A DNA stretch of 64,000 nt, taken from the NCBI GenBank assembly GCA_964655075.1, contig CAZZLD010000002.1:166795-230794 (forward strand), given 5' to 3'. The notes beneath the pieces were generated by a model that had not been told where the DNA came from, made no database searches, and was given only the letters and a program-made list of their open reading frames with translations. The position numbers were made by a program, and so were the translations under genes. Source of the stretch: an uncultured Candidatus Bathyarchaeia archaeon. GTDB lineage: Archaea; Thermoproteota; Bathyarchaeia; Bathyarchaeales; Bathyarchaeaceae. Below, piece after piece: positions 52,502-61,796 of the stretch; the stretch's first letter is position 1; each line of letters starts with the position of its first letter.

Positions 52502-53887
52502 TCAATTGACTTTTTCAGTTGTTTTCTTGACTTTTGTGAAGTAGACTAGAAAGGCGACTCCTGTTATTGTCACTATCGCAGCTAAAATCCATGGGAAAAG
52601 CACTAGCTGACTTTCTATGGTGAAGTATATTATTTCATGAGCCCTAATGTTTCCAGTAGCATCTTTGGCGTAAACTATTAGGCTGTGTGATCCGCCAGAC
52701 AATCCGGATAGGGTTGTGTTTCCAGCAATTGTGACATTCATTTGGTCGTCCAAACTGTAGCCAATCCACGAGGTTAATTCACTCACAGTAAGGGTTAAGG
52801 GAACAGCGTTTACAGGATACGTCTTGTTTTCAGGAGATATAATGGAAATAGTAGGTGGCGTAGTATCTGATGATGGAAGTTCCGGAATTACATATAAAGC
52901 CATGTGCGGATAGCGATCTCGATTATTCTCGTCGATGATGTGAGGCGTATCGCCTATTCCGTCATCATTCGCATCCGTGCCACTATAATTACTCCAGTAG
53001 TTTCCTTCAACTTCATTGTCCCAAGAGTTAATGTAGCCAAGCGTATGAATATTCACTTGATGGCGCGTGTTGTTTATGAAGTTGTTATGGTAAAAAATGT
53101 TGTTTGAAGACTCTATATCAATGCCGGTTCCATTTTCTGTTATGTTGTTTTCAGTTATGCTGTTGTAGCTCGAAGAATCATAGATGTAGATGCCATTATT
53201 CCCGCGATTTCCTTTTATGTTGTTTCCAATTATTCCGTTATAGTTCGAAGAAGAACCGAGAGTGATGCTACGCCACTGGATGCCTGTTATGCTATTTGCA
53301 GAAACAGTGCAAAAAGATGAATTGGAGAGCCAAGGCCCACAAACCCCTTTTATCTTGTTTTGGGAAACAGTGGAAGAAGAGCACGTGTCGAGGATGACAG
53401 TATAATAACCATTCAAGTTGTTTCTTGAAACAGTAATGAAAGAGCAACTGCTGGCTTTTACATTATAGGTACTTGAGGACATATTGTTTTTCAAAATAGT
53501 GATAAAAGAGCAGTTGTCGAGGGTGACATCAACACCCCAAGTGTATATATTTAAGTTCTTGATTGTCACGTTGCATATGCTGGATAAGTAGAGTCCGTTT
53601 CCGAGGTATCCCAGAAAATCGGGAGGGGGCTCAGCACCTTGAAGTGTATATCCTTTCCCGTCAATTATTATGTTGCTTCTCTCAACTACAATCTCATCAT
53701 AAATGTTATCAGTAAAACAATAGGTGACATTGTCTGAACTGGTAATGTTTACTATTGGGGGGTCAACCGCGCCGTTAGACCTAATGTAAATGTTTCCAGA
53801 TGCTTTGACTGGTTGAACAGCAAATGATAATGTACTTACTACAAATAATGTTACCATTACGAATGTGATTACTTTTGACTTCATCAA
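52502..53887 (-). CDS. NosD-like beta-helix surface protein with one Ig-like repeat and a C-terminal TM anchor
   Basis: Signal MMKSKVITFVMVTLFVVSTLSFAVQPVKA, PbH1 repeats, YHNNFINNT cap and NYWSNYSGTDANDDGIGD. Ig-like DTTPPTISIISPENK... and anchor PWILAAIVTITGVAFLVYFTKVKK. Confidence 0.9.
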   Translation of the reverse strand: MMKSKVITFVMVTLFVVSTLSFAVQPVKASGNIYIRSNGAVDPPIVNITSSDNVTYCFTDNIYDEIVVERSNIIIDGKGYTLQGAEPPPDFLGYLGNGLYLSSICNVTIKNLNIYTWGVDVTLDNCSFITILKNNMSSSTYNVKASSCSFITVSRNNLNGYYTVILDTCSSSTVSQNKIKGVCGPWLSNSSFCTVSANSITGIQWRSITLGSSSNYNGIIGNNIKGNRGNNGIYIYDSSSYNSITENNITENGTGIDIESSNNIFYHNNFINNTRHQVNIHTLGYINSWDNEVEGNYWSNYSGTDANDDGIGDTPHIIDENNRDRYPHMALYVIPELPSSDTTPPTISIISPENKTYPVNAVPLTLTVSELTSWIGYSLDDQMNVTIAGNTTLSGLSGGSHSLIVYAKDATGNIRAHEIIYFTIESQLVLFPWILAAIVTITGVAFLVYFTKVKKTTEKVN

Positions 53888-54017
53888 GAGACTCCAATTA
53901 AATACTATTCTACTGGCTCATCTTTAATAATGTTTCTCCTATCGCTTAGGTATTTGTATGCACATCTATGGATAATATCACAGACACGCATACGTAAACA
54001 TTGTTTCTAAAGCTGTG

Positions 54018-55166
54018 TTAAGATAAAATTTTCTGGGCTTCTTCAATTAGTTTCTCTACCACGTTAGACCTGTTTTTCAGTTCTTTCTTTATCCTAGAGA
54101 TGGTTTCCACAGGTGTAGGATCTGTCCCCTGCAGGATTGCCAAGTATACGCTGGTGAAGTCTCCGATGTACATGGCTGAGAGCATCTTCGCAAGTGCATG
54201 TTTACCCCTAGCGTGAATTTCTAAAATTTTCTGGGTTTTTTTCAGCGCAAAGAGTTTGGTGGCTTCGATTTTGTGTTTGATCTCCAGCGGCTCATCGCGA
54301 TCTCGGATAAGCATTATTGTGAACTGTTTCGTCAAGGTTTCAGGGGCTTCCCACCCCATCACTTCGTTGTGGTTCAGTTCGGGGAAAACGTCATGCTTGC
54401 ACGGAATCTTGGTGTTCTCGTTGAATTGGGCTTTCATCCTATGGGCTATGGCGCTGTACTGTCTGAAGCCGTAAACCACGGGTATGGCGCCGTTAAGCTC
54501 CAAGGCGAGTTTCTTTGAAGGATTGTTTTCTGCGGCAACTTGGGGCGCTGTTTCTAGGCTCAGTTTCTCAAGAACCTGCATGGCCTCTTCGAGTTCTTCG
54601 TTTATGTTTTGGAGGACGCCCAATTTTTCCAAGAGAACCGGAAGCGGAAAGAACAGGTAAGCGATGGCGGTGCGGGGGGGCATTCCGCCCGGTATCGTCA
54701 CGTGGGGAATACCCAGTTTCTCGGCGAGGGGGAGCAGTTGTCCATCTGAGGTTATCGTTAGGGTCATGCAGCCGCGTTTCACGGCGTCCAAAAATGCGCT
54801 GAGGGTTTCCTCTGTGTTTCCTGAGTAGCTGACTGCGAAAACCAGCGTGTCTTTGTCCGCGTAGGCTGGCAACCTGTATTCTCTGCACACTTGGATGGGC
54901 GTCGGAAGTCGGTTTTGAAGCCAGTCTTTGAGGATTTCTCCTCCTATGGCTGAGCCTCCCATTCCTGCGATTATTATGTTTTTGGGCTTTCTGTACTGGA
55001 TAGTGATGTTTTTGGAGATTTTGATCTCTTTCGGGATTTCTACGCGCTTGGCCCTCTGAATAGCGTCTCTGCAGTGTTCATGGGTTCTTATACAAATTCC
55101 AAGCATGTTGCTTTTGTCGATTTTCTTCATATGCTCCAGCTGGTCTAAAACTGTAGTTTTCTGCAT
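54018..55166 (-). CDS. bifunctional phosphoglucose/phosphomannose isomerase (SIS domains)
   Basis: IIIAGMGGSAIGGEILKDW and VFAVSYSGNTEETL. Length and layout match the crenarchaeal PGI/PMI family. Confidence 0.85.
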   Translation of the reverse strand: MQKTTVLDQLEHMKKIDKSNMLGICIRTHEHCRDAIQRAKRVEIPKEIKISKNITIQYRKPKNIIIAGMGGSAIGGEILKDWLQNRLPTPIQVCREYRLPAYADKDTLVFAVSYSGNTEETLSAFLDAVKRGCMTLTITSDGQLLPLAEKLGIPHVTIPGGMPPRTAIAYLFFPLPVLLEKLGVLQNINEELEEAMQVLEKLSLETAPQVAAENNPSKKLALELNGAIPVVYGFRQYSAIAHRMKAQFNENTKIPCKHDVFPELNHNEVMGWEAPETLTKQFTIMLIRDRDEPLEIKHKIEATKLFALKKTQKILEIHARGKHALAKMLSAMYIGDFTSVYLAILQGTDPTPVETISRIKKELKNRSNVVEKLIEEAQKILS

Positions 55167-55258
55167 TGTGCATCACATCGGGTTTATTGAGACTTTTAGA
55201 TATACGCGGTTAAAAGGCTTATTTCTCCCGGATTAGAAAAATGGTTACAAGGAGCCGT

Positions 55259-55462
55259 TTAGACGTATCTGAGTTTTAGTCCTTCTCTCTCTGAGATTTT
55301 CTCTAAGAGTTTGACGATGTCTTTCGTGGTTTTGCATGTTTCCAGTTCGCGTTGGTATTTTTCGTTTAGAAGTTGTGCGACCTTTCCGGAAACTGCGAAG
55401 CCTATGGGCGGTCTCTTTGTTTTTCCGGCTTCTGTGGCTTCTGAATCCGCGCTTCCCTGCAA
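55259..55462 (-). CDS. possible ribbon-helix-helix-like small protein (TTG start)
   Basis: KRPPIGFAVSGKVAQLLNEKYQRELETCKTTKDIVKLLEKISERE has a strand-helix-helix pattern. Weak; see the finding on alternative frames. Confidence 0.3.
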   Translation of the reverse strand: MQGSADSEATEAGKTKRPPIGFAVSGKVAQLLNEKYQRELETCKTTKDIVKLLEKISEREGLKLRYV

Positions 55463-55820
55463 GGCAATTTTCCCTCTTTGTAAGCGGCAGCTTCTAAACT
55501 GTATAACAGTTGATCTTGAAGATAAACTCTATTTCCGCGCTCGATGTATCGAAATGAGGGTGATTCCACGTTTTTCTGGCGGTTTGTAACCAGTTTAGGG
55601 CGTTCGACGGTAACAGAACCTCTAAGAGCAACTTTTGCATTATAGTTTATTCACTGAGGTGAACGGAAGGCATTTCCCAAACCGGCTTCTGAATCCGCTT
55701 CTCCCCATCTTCCCTTCACCTCTCTCTTCCCCCATACTTCAACTTCACAGATTGGTTTTAGCCTTTTAACAAGGCTTTTAAGGGCTGCAGCTAGAAGGCT
55801 GAAAGCGAGGCAAAGGCTAA

Positions 55821-56684
55821 TTGAAGCGCAGCCGAGAGCTCGTTGTGGCAGTTCCCGCATCCTTAGTTTCGGATGTTCCGCACCTGCGGGAGAAGACCCT
55901 CAAAATCGGGTTGGTAGGCAGGGCAGCCGCCATCTTCCGCGTAGACGAAATCGTGATTTTTCCTGACTTTCCCAGCACCGATCAAAGGCGGGAGATGAAC
56001 CTAATTGCCATGGTTCTAGCTTACATGGAGACGCCCCAGTACCTTCGGAAGCAGCTGTTCAAGATCAGACCAGAACTGCGGTATGCGGGGGTACTGCCGC
56101 CTCTGCGTACGCCTCATCACCCCCTAGCGAACCGCCTGAAGGACTTGAAGATCGGCGAGTTTCGAGAGGGAGCGGTGGTCTCTTCAACCAAAGAGGGAGC
56201 CCTCGTGGACATAGGCGTAGAACAGCCCGTGCTTGTGCCTAACGTTAGATTTGGAGTGAACAGGCGGGTCACGGTTAAGATTACAGAACTCGGGAAAAAG
56301 CCTAGGGCAGTTTTGGCTAAACGCGAAGAAATCGAGCCGTATTGGGGCTATCAGGTGACGGTTTCAAACCAGCCTTTTGGACAGTTCGTTAAGAGCCGCG
56401 ACTTCGATTTAGTTATAGCTACTTCTCGGCGGGGCAAACCGCTTAAAGCGATTAGGGCTGAGCTTGAGGCGAGATGGCGGAAATCTCGCAAGGTTTTAGT
56501 GGCTTTTGGCGCTCCAACCGTGGGGCTCTACGAAATCGTTGAACGCGAAGGCAAGCAACTGGAGGAAGTTGCTGAATACGTTGTTAACACCATTCCGAAT
56601 CAGGCAACAGAAACCGTGAGAACCGAAGAAGCCCTAACCGCAACCCTAGCCATCCTAAACACACTCAACAACCAACACAACTGA
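55821..56684 (+). CDS. SPOUT-superfamily putative RNA methyltransferase (DUF171 / C9orf114-like)
   Basis: LVVAVPASLVSDVPHLREKTLKIGLVGRAAAIFRVDEIVIF..., a central OB-like insert, and C-terminal LVAFGAP...NTIPNQATETVRTEEAL. TTG start. Confidence 0.75.
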   Translation: MKRSRELVVAVPASLVSDVPHLREKTLKIGLVGRAAAIFRVDEIVIFPDFPSTDQRREMNLIAMVLAYMETPQYLRKQLFKIRPELRYAGVLPPLRTPHHPLANRLKDLKIGEFREGAVVSSTKEGALVDIGVEQPVLVPNVRFGVNRRVTVKITELGKKPRAVLAKREEIEPYWGYQVTVSNQPFGQFVKSRDFDLVIATSRRGKPLKAIRAELEARWRKSRKVLVAFGAPTVGLYEIVEREGKQLEEVAEYVVNTIPNQATETVRTEEALTATLAILNTLNNQHN

Positions 56685-56788
56685 AGCAAAGATAAAACTA
56701 TGGGGCCTGTTTTTCCACCAATCAAGAGTTAGGCAGTTCTTGAAATATGACCTGCCCGGGACCGCTATTGATATAATGCGAAATGGCT

Positions 56789-58264
56789 TTAGACTAATTT
56801 TTTGTTTTTCCAGCCAAGAGTTGAGCGGTCTATGTAGGTTCCAGAATACCCCAATAATTTCAACACGATCTTATGGAATAGCGTTTCATAGGTTTGTGAT
56901 TGTCGAATCAAACGTTTCCATTCCGATTTTTTATTAGGCATTCTTCCATGAGCAATGGCGTGGCGTGCGTCGATTGCATCCTGCTCTTTCTTACTTACAT
57001 CGAGAGCAATTTCTTTAAAGAAAAATAGGAAGCGGTCTGCAACTCCCATACAATAAGCGTTTTGTATTCGATTCGTTATATTGTCGCCATATTGTTTGCT
57101 TTTTAATTTACTTTTTATGGCCCCAATCTCCTCATGCAATAAATTTTCAAATTTATCCTTATCAATGTAGACTCCACGACTGCTACTTTTAGTGGAATCA
57201 AACCATCCATTCATTATTGTCTCGACAGCAGCTGCAAGGATAGGAAGGTTTGTCCCAACCGGCATAGCGCGAGCAATCCAGTACAGCCACAACGCATTCT
57301 CGAGATGAAGAGAACTTCGAAGTTCATGATATTTAGACAACAATTGACTAATAAGGTCCTCGGCATTTGCTTGAAGGGATGGGTAGCTAATTCCTATTGG
57401 TGCAAAATCTGGTTGTGAACACAAGGACCTTGGGTCACTACCCCACGGATTACAAGCATATTCTTCCACTATGTTGCCGTCTTTGTCATAGATCGTGTAA
57501 CCCACTGAGAGAAGCTGTCGTCCTAAAATAAAACTACACAATTCACTTATCGTCTCTCGTTCATCCACACTGGGAATCCGCCCCCAATCCTTCTGATATT
57601 CGATTCCAATGTTTGACGACCAATCAGGGCCAATCCCTTTCGGAACTTGGGTAACCAAGAACTGAATGTCGCTGGCTTTGACCCTGAGAAAATCACTAGA
57701 AAAACTTTTCGAGAGTCCTCCAGAGATTTTCATGGAATGAATTTTTCCGTCTTTAGGTGCCGAACGTTTTCGAAAGAACGTTCTTGACATCTTTCGCATT
57801 GTAGAGTTGCGAAAAATGAGAGCGTCTCGTGGTCCGTTGATGTTCCACTCGGTAAGCCACATGCCTTCTGCTTCAGTTTTGTGTCTTATTCTTATTCCAT
57901 GAATATGTATATCAGTTTCAAATAAAGGTTCTTCTCCGCTCTCAATATGGGCATGACTACCACCAAGGCAGCAAGACTCAAGAGTGTACTGCTTCAAGTT
58001 CTGTTGATCAGAACCAGTAATCTTGAAAAGTTCAGTAAAACTACCCGGAACAATATCCATTGTTTTTTCTGCAAAGGACTTAAAGTCGCCTTTTGTGGAA
58101 AGCACTGCTCGGAGTTTATAGTGCTCATCCCGATTTATAACTATCTTCTTTTGTCCTTCTGGAAGTTCTTCTATGTTGTCCACTTTCGGAATTGTGATTG
58201 GTTTATGCAAGACTTCCCATTCTAGATGTGGAAGTATGTCTTCTCTCATATTTATCACAGTCAT
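56789..58264 (-). CDS. hypothetical 491-aa protein with a C-terminal HEPN-like domain (Rx4H: RHAIAHG)
   Basis: The all-helical C-terminal third contains DAIDARHAIAHGRM. The N-terminal two thirds look beta-rich with no recognisable motif. Markedly more AT-rich than both neighbours by eye. Confidence 0.55.
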   Translation of the reverse strand: MTVINMREDILPHLEWEVLHKPITIPKVDNIEELPEGQKKIVINRDEHYKLRAVLSTKGDFKSFAEKTMDIVPGSFTELFKITGSDQQNLKQYTLESCCLGGSHAHIESGEEPLFETDIHIHGIRIRHKTEAEGMWLTEWNINGPRDALIFRNSTMRKMSRTFFRKRSAPKDGKIHSMKISGGLSKSFSSDFLRVKASDIQFLVTQVPKGIGPDWSSNIGIEYQKDWGRIPSVDERETISELCSFILGRQLLSVGYTIYDKDGNIVEEYACNPWGSDPRSLCSQPDFAPIGISYPSLQANAEDLISQLLSKYHELRSSLHLENALWLYWIARAMPVGTNLPILAAAVETIMNGWFDSTKSSSRGVYIDKDKFENLLHEEIGAIKSKLKSKQYGDNITNRIQNAYCMGVADRFLFFFKEIALDVSKKEQDAIDARHAIAHGRMPNKKSEWKRLIRQSQTYETLFHKIVLKLLGYSGTYIDRSTLGWKNKKLV

Positions 58265-58333
58265 TTACGTGAAATTATGTAGATCTTCACATTTTTAGAT
58301 TTTCGTCTTGCTATCGCTTCGTGTTTTTGTAGG

Positions 58334-58361
58334 AAAAGAGGGGTTCGCGGGTGATATCTCC
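58334..58361 (-). promoter_or_regulatory. conserved leader element, copy C (GATATC box 58353..58358)
   Basis: Plus strand aaaagaggggttcgcgggtgatatctcc aligns with 11818..11848 and 14565..14592. It lies about 90 nt upstream of the ATG at 58264. An A/T-rich TATA-like tract (ataaaataaatttata) follows at 58381..58396. Confidence 0.5.
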
Positions 58362-58507
58362 AATAAAGAACGTTGTGACCAGACCAGCTCATAAAATAAA
58401 TTTATAGGGGTCTAACTTCCGAACTGTCTGCCTGAAGGGAATTCGTAAGGTTTATAACGTAACTTTCTCATTGAAAGAGACGAGACGTTAACAGGGGGTC
58501 CTGAATC

Positions 58508-59515
58508 ATGGGTCACAGGAAGAAGCATGCGCCTAAACGCGGCAGCCTATCTTACTTGCCTAGAGGACGCGCTTCCAGTCCCATCGGCAGAATACGCTAT
58601 TGGCCCAAAGCGGAAGAAGGACCCCGAATGCTGGGTTTCACCGGTTACAAGGCGGGCATGACCCACATTTTCATGACGGAAGACAAGCCTCACTCGCCTG
58701 ACTTCGGCAAAGAGACATTTCATGCTGCAACAGTCGTGGAAACCCCGCCCCTGTGGATATGCGCCATCCGCGCCTACGCTAAAACCCCTTACGGGTTAAA
58801 AACCCTCACAGAAGCGTGGTTAAGCAACCCGCCGAAGGACTTAGACCGCGCCGTCATGCTTCCTGAAAAGCCCGATCCGAAACCGAACATGAAGAAAATG
58901 GAGGAAAACCTAGAAAAAATCCGCGAACTTCGTCTATTAGCTGCCACGCAACCCAGACAAACAGGCATCCCGAAAAAGAAGCCAGACTTGATGGAAATAA
59001 AAATCGACGGAGGCGCAATTAAAGAGCAGTTGGAGTACGCCAAAAGCCTGCTCGGGAAGATGGTCTCAATAGCCGACGTCTTCAAAGAGGGACAATTCCT
59101 AGACGTGATCTCAGTAACGAAAGGAAAAGGCTTTCAAGGACCCGTGAAACGCTGGGGCGTCAGAATCCTAAGCCGAAAATCCAGAAAAATGAAAAGAGGA
59201 GTAGCATGCATCGGACCTTGGCACCCAGCCCGAGTTGTATACACTGTGCCCCGGGCGGGACAGATGGGCTATCACCAAAGAACCGAATACAACAAACGCA
59301 TACTGAAAATCGGAACCGACGGAACCGAAGTCACCCCGAAAGGCGGATTCCTCCGCTACGGAAACGTCAAAGGAACCTACGTGCTACTGGACGGAAGCCT
59401 ACCAGGACCCGCAAAACGCGCCATAAGGCTCAGATACCCAGCGAGACCGCCAAAGGAGACACCTGAAGCCTCACCAAAAATCATCCAAATATCCCTCGAA
59501 TCAAAGCAAGGATAA
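58508..59515 (+). CDS. rpl3: 50S ribosomal protein L3 (uL3)
   Basis: MGHRKKHAPKRGSLSYLPRGRA..., GYKAGMTHIF and KGKGFQGPVKRWG. Confidence 0.95.
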   Translation: MGHRKKHAPKRGSLSYLPRGRASSPIGRIRYWPKAEEGPRMLGFTGYKAGMTHIFMTEDKPHSPDFGKETFHAATVVETPPLWICAIRAYAKTPYGLKTLTEAWLSNPPKDLDRAVMLPEKPDPKPNMKKMEENLEKIRELRLLAATQPRQTGIPKKKPDLMEIKIDGGAIKEQLEYAKSLLGKMVSIADVFKEGQFLDVISVTKGKGFQGPVKRWGVRILSRKSRKMKRGVACIGPWHPARVVYTVPRAGQMGYHQRTEYNKRILKIGTDGTEVTPKGGFLRYGNVKGTYVLLDGSLPGPAKRAIRLRYPARPPKETPEASPKIIQISLESKQG

Positions 59516-59533
59516 AACAGGGGAAAACCGAAA

Positions 59534-60313
59534 ATGGGCAAAGCCTCATCTAAAGTCTTCAACCTCAAAGGAAAACGAGTAACCACCATCAAGCTCCCAA
59601 CCATATTCAAAACACCCCTAAGACCAGACGTCATAAAACGCGCCGTCATCACCCTTCAGTCTCATCGGTATCAACCCCAAGGCAGAGACCCCATGGCGGG
59701 AAAAAGAACAACCGCCGAATCCAGAGGAGTAGGCCTCGGCATAGCCCGCGTTGCAAGAACCAAAGAAAGCCAAAGAGCCGCCTTCATCACCACCGCAGTG
59801 GGAGGAAGAACCACTCACCCTCCTAAAACTGAAAAAAAGATCAGAAAGAAACTTCCACGAAAAGAAATGCAGTTGGCTGTCCGCTCAGCCGTAGCAGCCA
59901 CCGCATCCAAAGAAACCGTGGCAGACCGAGGACACATCGTCGAAGACATCCCCGACTTTCCGATGGTCGTGGTTGACGACATCCAACGCTTAAAAAAGAC
60001 GCAGGAAGTCCGCGATGCTTTTATTCAACTCGGAGTGTGGTCAGACATATACCGCGTCAAGGAGAGCCGAAAAATCCGCGCTGGAAGAGGCAAGATGCGG
60101 GGAAGAAGGATTAAACAGGCGGTAGGACCCCTCCTAGTCATCGACAAAGACGAAGGCATCGCAAAAGCCGCCGACAACATCCCAGGCGTAAACGTGGTCA
60201 CCCTTAAAGACTTAAACGTAGAGCTTTTAGCGCCCGGAACTCACCCTGGAAGGCTCACAGTTTGGACTAATTCAGCTATAGAAAAACTCGATGAACGGTT
60301 CGGAGTGAGCTAA
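59534..60313 (+). CDS. rpl4: 50S ribosomal protein L4 (uL4, L1e type)
   Basis: RPDVIKRAVITLQSHRYQPQGRDPMAGKRTTAESRGVGLGIARV. Confidence 0.93.
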   Translation: MGKASSKVFNLKGKRVTTIKLPTIFKTPLRPDVIKRAVITLQSHRYQPQGRDPMAGKRTTAESRGVGLGIARVARTKESQRAAFITTAVGGRTTHPPKTEKKIRKKLPRKEMQLAVRSAVAATASKETVADRGHIVEDIPDFPMVVVDDIQRLKKTQEVRDAFIQLGVWSDIYRVKESRKIRAGRGKMRGRRIKQAVGPLLVIDKDEGIAKAADNIPGVNVVTLKDLNVELLAPGTHPGRLTVWTNSAIEKLDERFGVS

Positions 60314-60315
60314 GA

Positions 60316-60576
60316 ATGGACGCCAGCGATGTTATAAGCCACCCAGTTATGACTGAGGTCACAAGCCGCATTCTCGAAACCGAAAACAAACTCGTCTTCA
60401 TAGTCAACAAAAAAGCAACAAAAACAGACATCCGAAAAGCCGTGGAAGAACTCTACGAAGTGAGGGTCAGCAAAGTTAACGTCGCGGTAACTAGGAAAGG
60501 CCAAAAAAAGGCCATCGTAAAACTTACGCCTGAATACAAGGCGGTAGACGTAGCGATCAAGCTTGGAATCATTTAA
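60316..60576 (+). CDS. rpl23: 50S ribosomal protein L23 (uL23)
   Basis: NKLVFIVNKKATKTDIRKAVEELYEVRVSKVNV. Confidence 0.92.
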   Translation: MDASDVISHPVMTEVTSRILETENKLVFIVNKKATKTDIRKAVEELYEVRVSKVNVAVTRKGQKKAIVKLTPEYKAVDVAIKLGII

Positions 60577-60589
60577 GGCTGGAATGCTT

Positions 60590-61324
60590 ATGGGTAAAAA
60601 AATCCGCGTTCAAAGAAGAGGCCGAGGCACCCCAACTTTTCAGGCATCCACCCATAAGAGAATAGCCCCCGTTAAATATCCCCAAATGCCTGGGAAACAG
60701 CAAGAGACACCCGTTAAAGGCTGGATCAAAAACATTTTTCACGAACCAGGAAGAGGAACACCCTTAGCCTCTGTGAAGCTCGAAACAGGCGAAACCTATT
60801 ACACGGTTATTCCAGAAGGCGTCTACGAAGGACAGCCGATACAAATCGGAAGCGAAGCCGAAATAGACATCGGCAACACCCTTCCCCTAGGGAAAATCCC
60901 CGAAGGAACCATGATCTGCAATGTGGAGCTCTCACCTGGAGACGGCGGAAAAATCGCCCGCTCATCCGGGTCCTACATAACCTTGGTAGCCCACACGCCT
61001 GAGGGCACAATGGTAAAGCTTCCGTCAGGGAAAACCCGTTACCTCAACGATTTATGCCTAGCAACCGTTGGAGTCATCTCTGGAGCCGGACGGGTTGAAA
61101 AACCCTTCCTGAAAGCCGGCTCGAAATTTCATTTAATGCAAGCTAAAGGTCGTGTTTACCCAAGAACCCGCGGTAGGGCTATGGTTGCGGCGTCCCATCC
61201 GTACGGGAGCAGCAAGAGGGGAGGACGGAAAGTCACGACAGTAGCTCGTGGCGCCCCGCCAGGGAAAAAGGTGGGTTTGATTGCGGCGAAAAGCGCCGGT
61301 CGTGGAAGGAAGACAAGAAAATAA
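60590..61324 (+). CDS. rpl2: 50S ribosomal protein L2 (uL2)
   Basis: MGKKIRVQRRGRGTPTF..., GNTLPLGKIPEGTMICNVE and MVAASHPYGSSKRGGRK. The start is taken at MGKK rather than the track start at 60563. Confidence 0.93.
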   Translation: MGKKIRVQRRGRGTPTFQASTHKRIAPVKYPQMPGKQQETPVKGWIKNIFHEPGRGTPLASVKLETGETYYTVIPEGVYEGQPIQIGSEAEIDIGNTLPLGKIPEGTMICNVELSPGDGGKIARSSGSYITLVAHTPEGTMVKLPSGKTRYLNDLCLATVGVISGAGRVEKPFLKAGSKFHLMQAKGRVYPRTRGRAMVAASHPYGSSKRGGRKVTTVARGAPPGKKVGLIAAKSAGRGRKTRK

Positions 61325-61344
61325 GCTAGGCGGTTAATCGCTGA

Positions 61345-61560
61345 TCAGTAGTCTATAGCCGAGCGTGTATTTTTTTCTTTGAGGCTTTCCGTTAGTTCTT
61401 TAATGGCGCAGATTAGGCATGTCTGCAGAGATATCTCGTTGTTTGCAAGGCCAAATAGATTAGCATAGGGACATGGTTTGAATTCATAACTGTCTTTAGC
61501 AAATTTGCATACAAACATTTTCATGTGCGGATTTTTTCGAAGTAGAGCGGATTCCTGCAT
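61345..61560 (-). CDS. hypothetical small Cys-containing protein
   Basis: 71-aa ORF directly after rpl2 on the opposite strand. No recognisable motif. Confidence 0.3.
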   Translation of the reverse strand: MQESALLRKNPHMKMFVCKFAKDSYEFKPCPYANLFGLANNEISLQTCLICAIKELTESLKEKNTRSAIDY

Positions 61561-61796
61561 CTTCCATAGCCTCCTAAAAGCCCAGTTGACTAACTCATTA
61601 ATTGTGAAGTAGCTTCTATAAGTCTGATGTAACCTAAGAGTTGATTTCGCGGTGACAGATCGCTGGGGTTCTCAAAAAATCAGGCATACACATATCCAAA
61701 ATGGGATACAAATGTTACAGAATTCGTAATCCATATTGCAACTTCACAACCATTTTTTAGCTAAAGATATAACTGAAGAGGAAGGACGGGGGAACC

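Noticed and set aside
55311-55589. 92-aa plus-strand ORF in the pgi/SPOUT divergent spacer
   Set aside because: Its composition (Phe/Ser/Cys-rich) is implausible, and it is antisense to the more protein-like minus-strand frames discussed in the findings.
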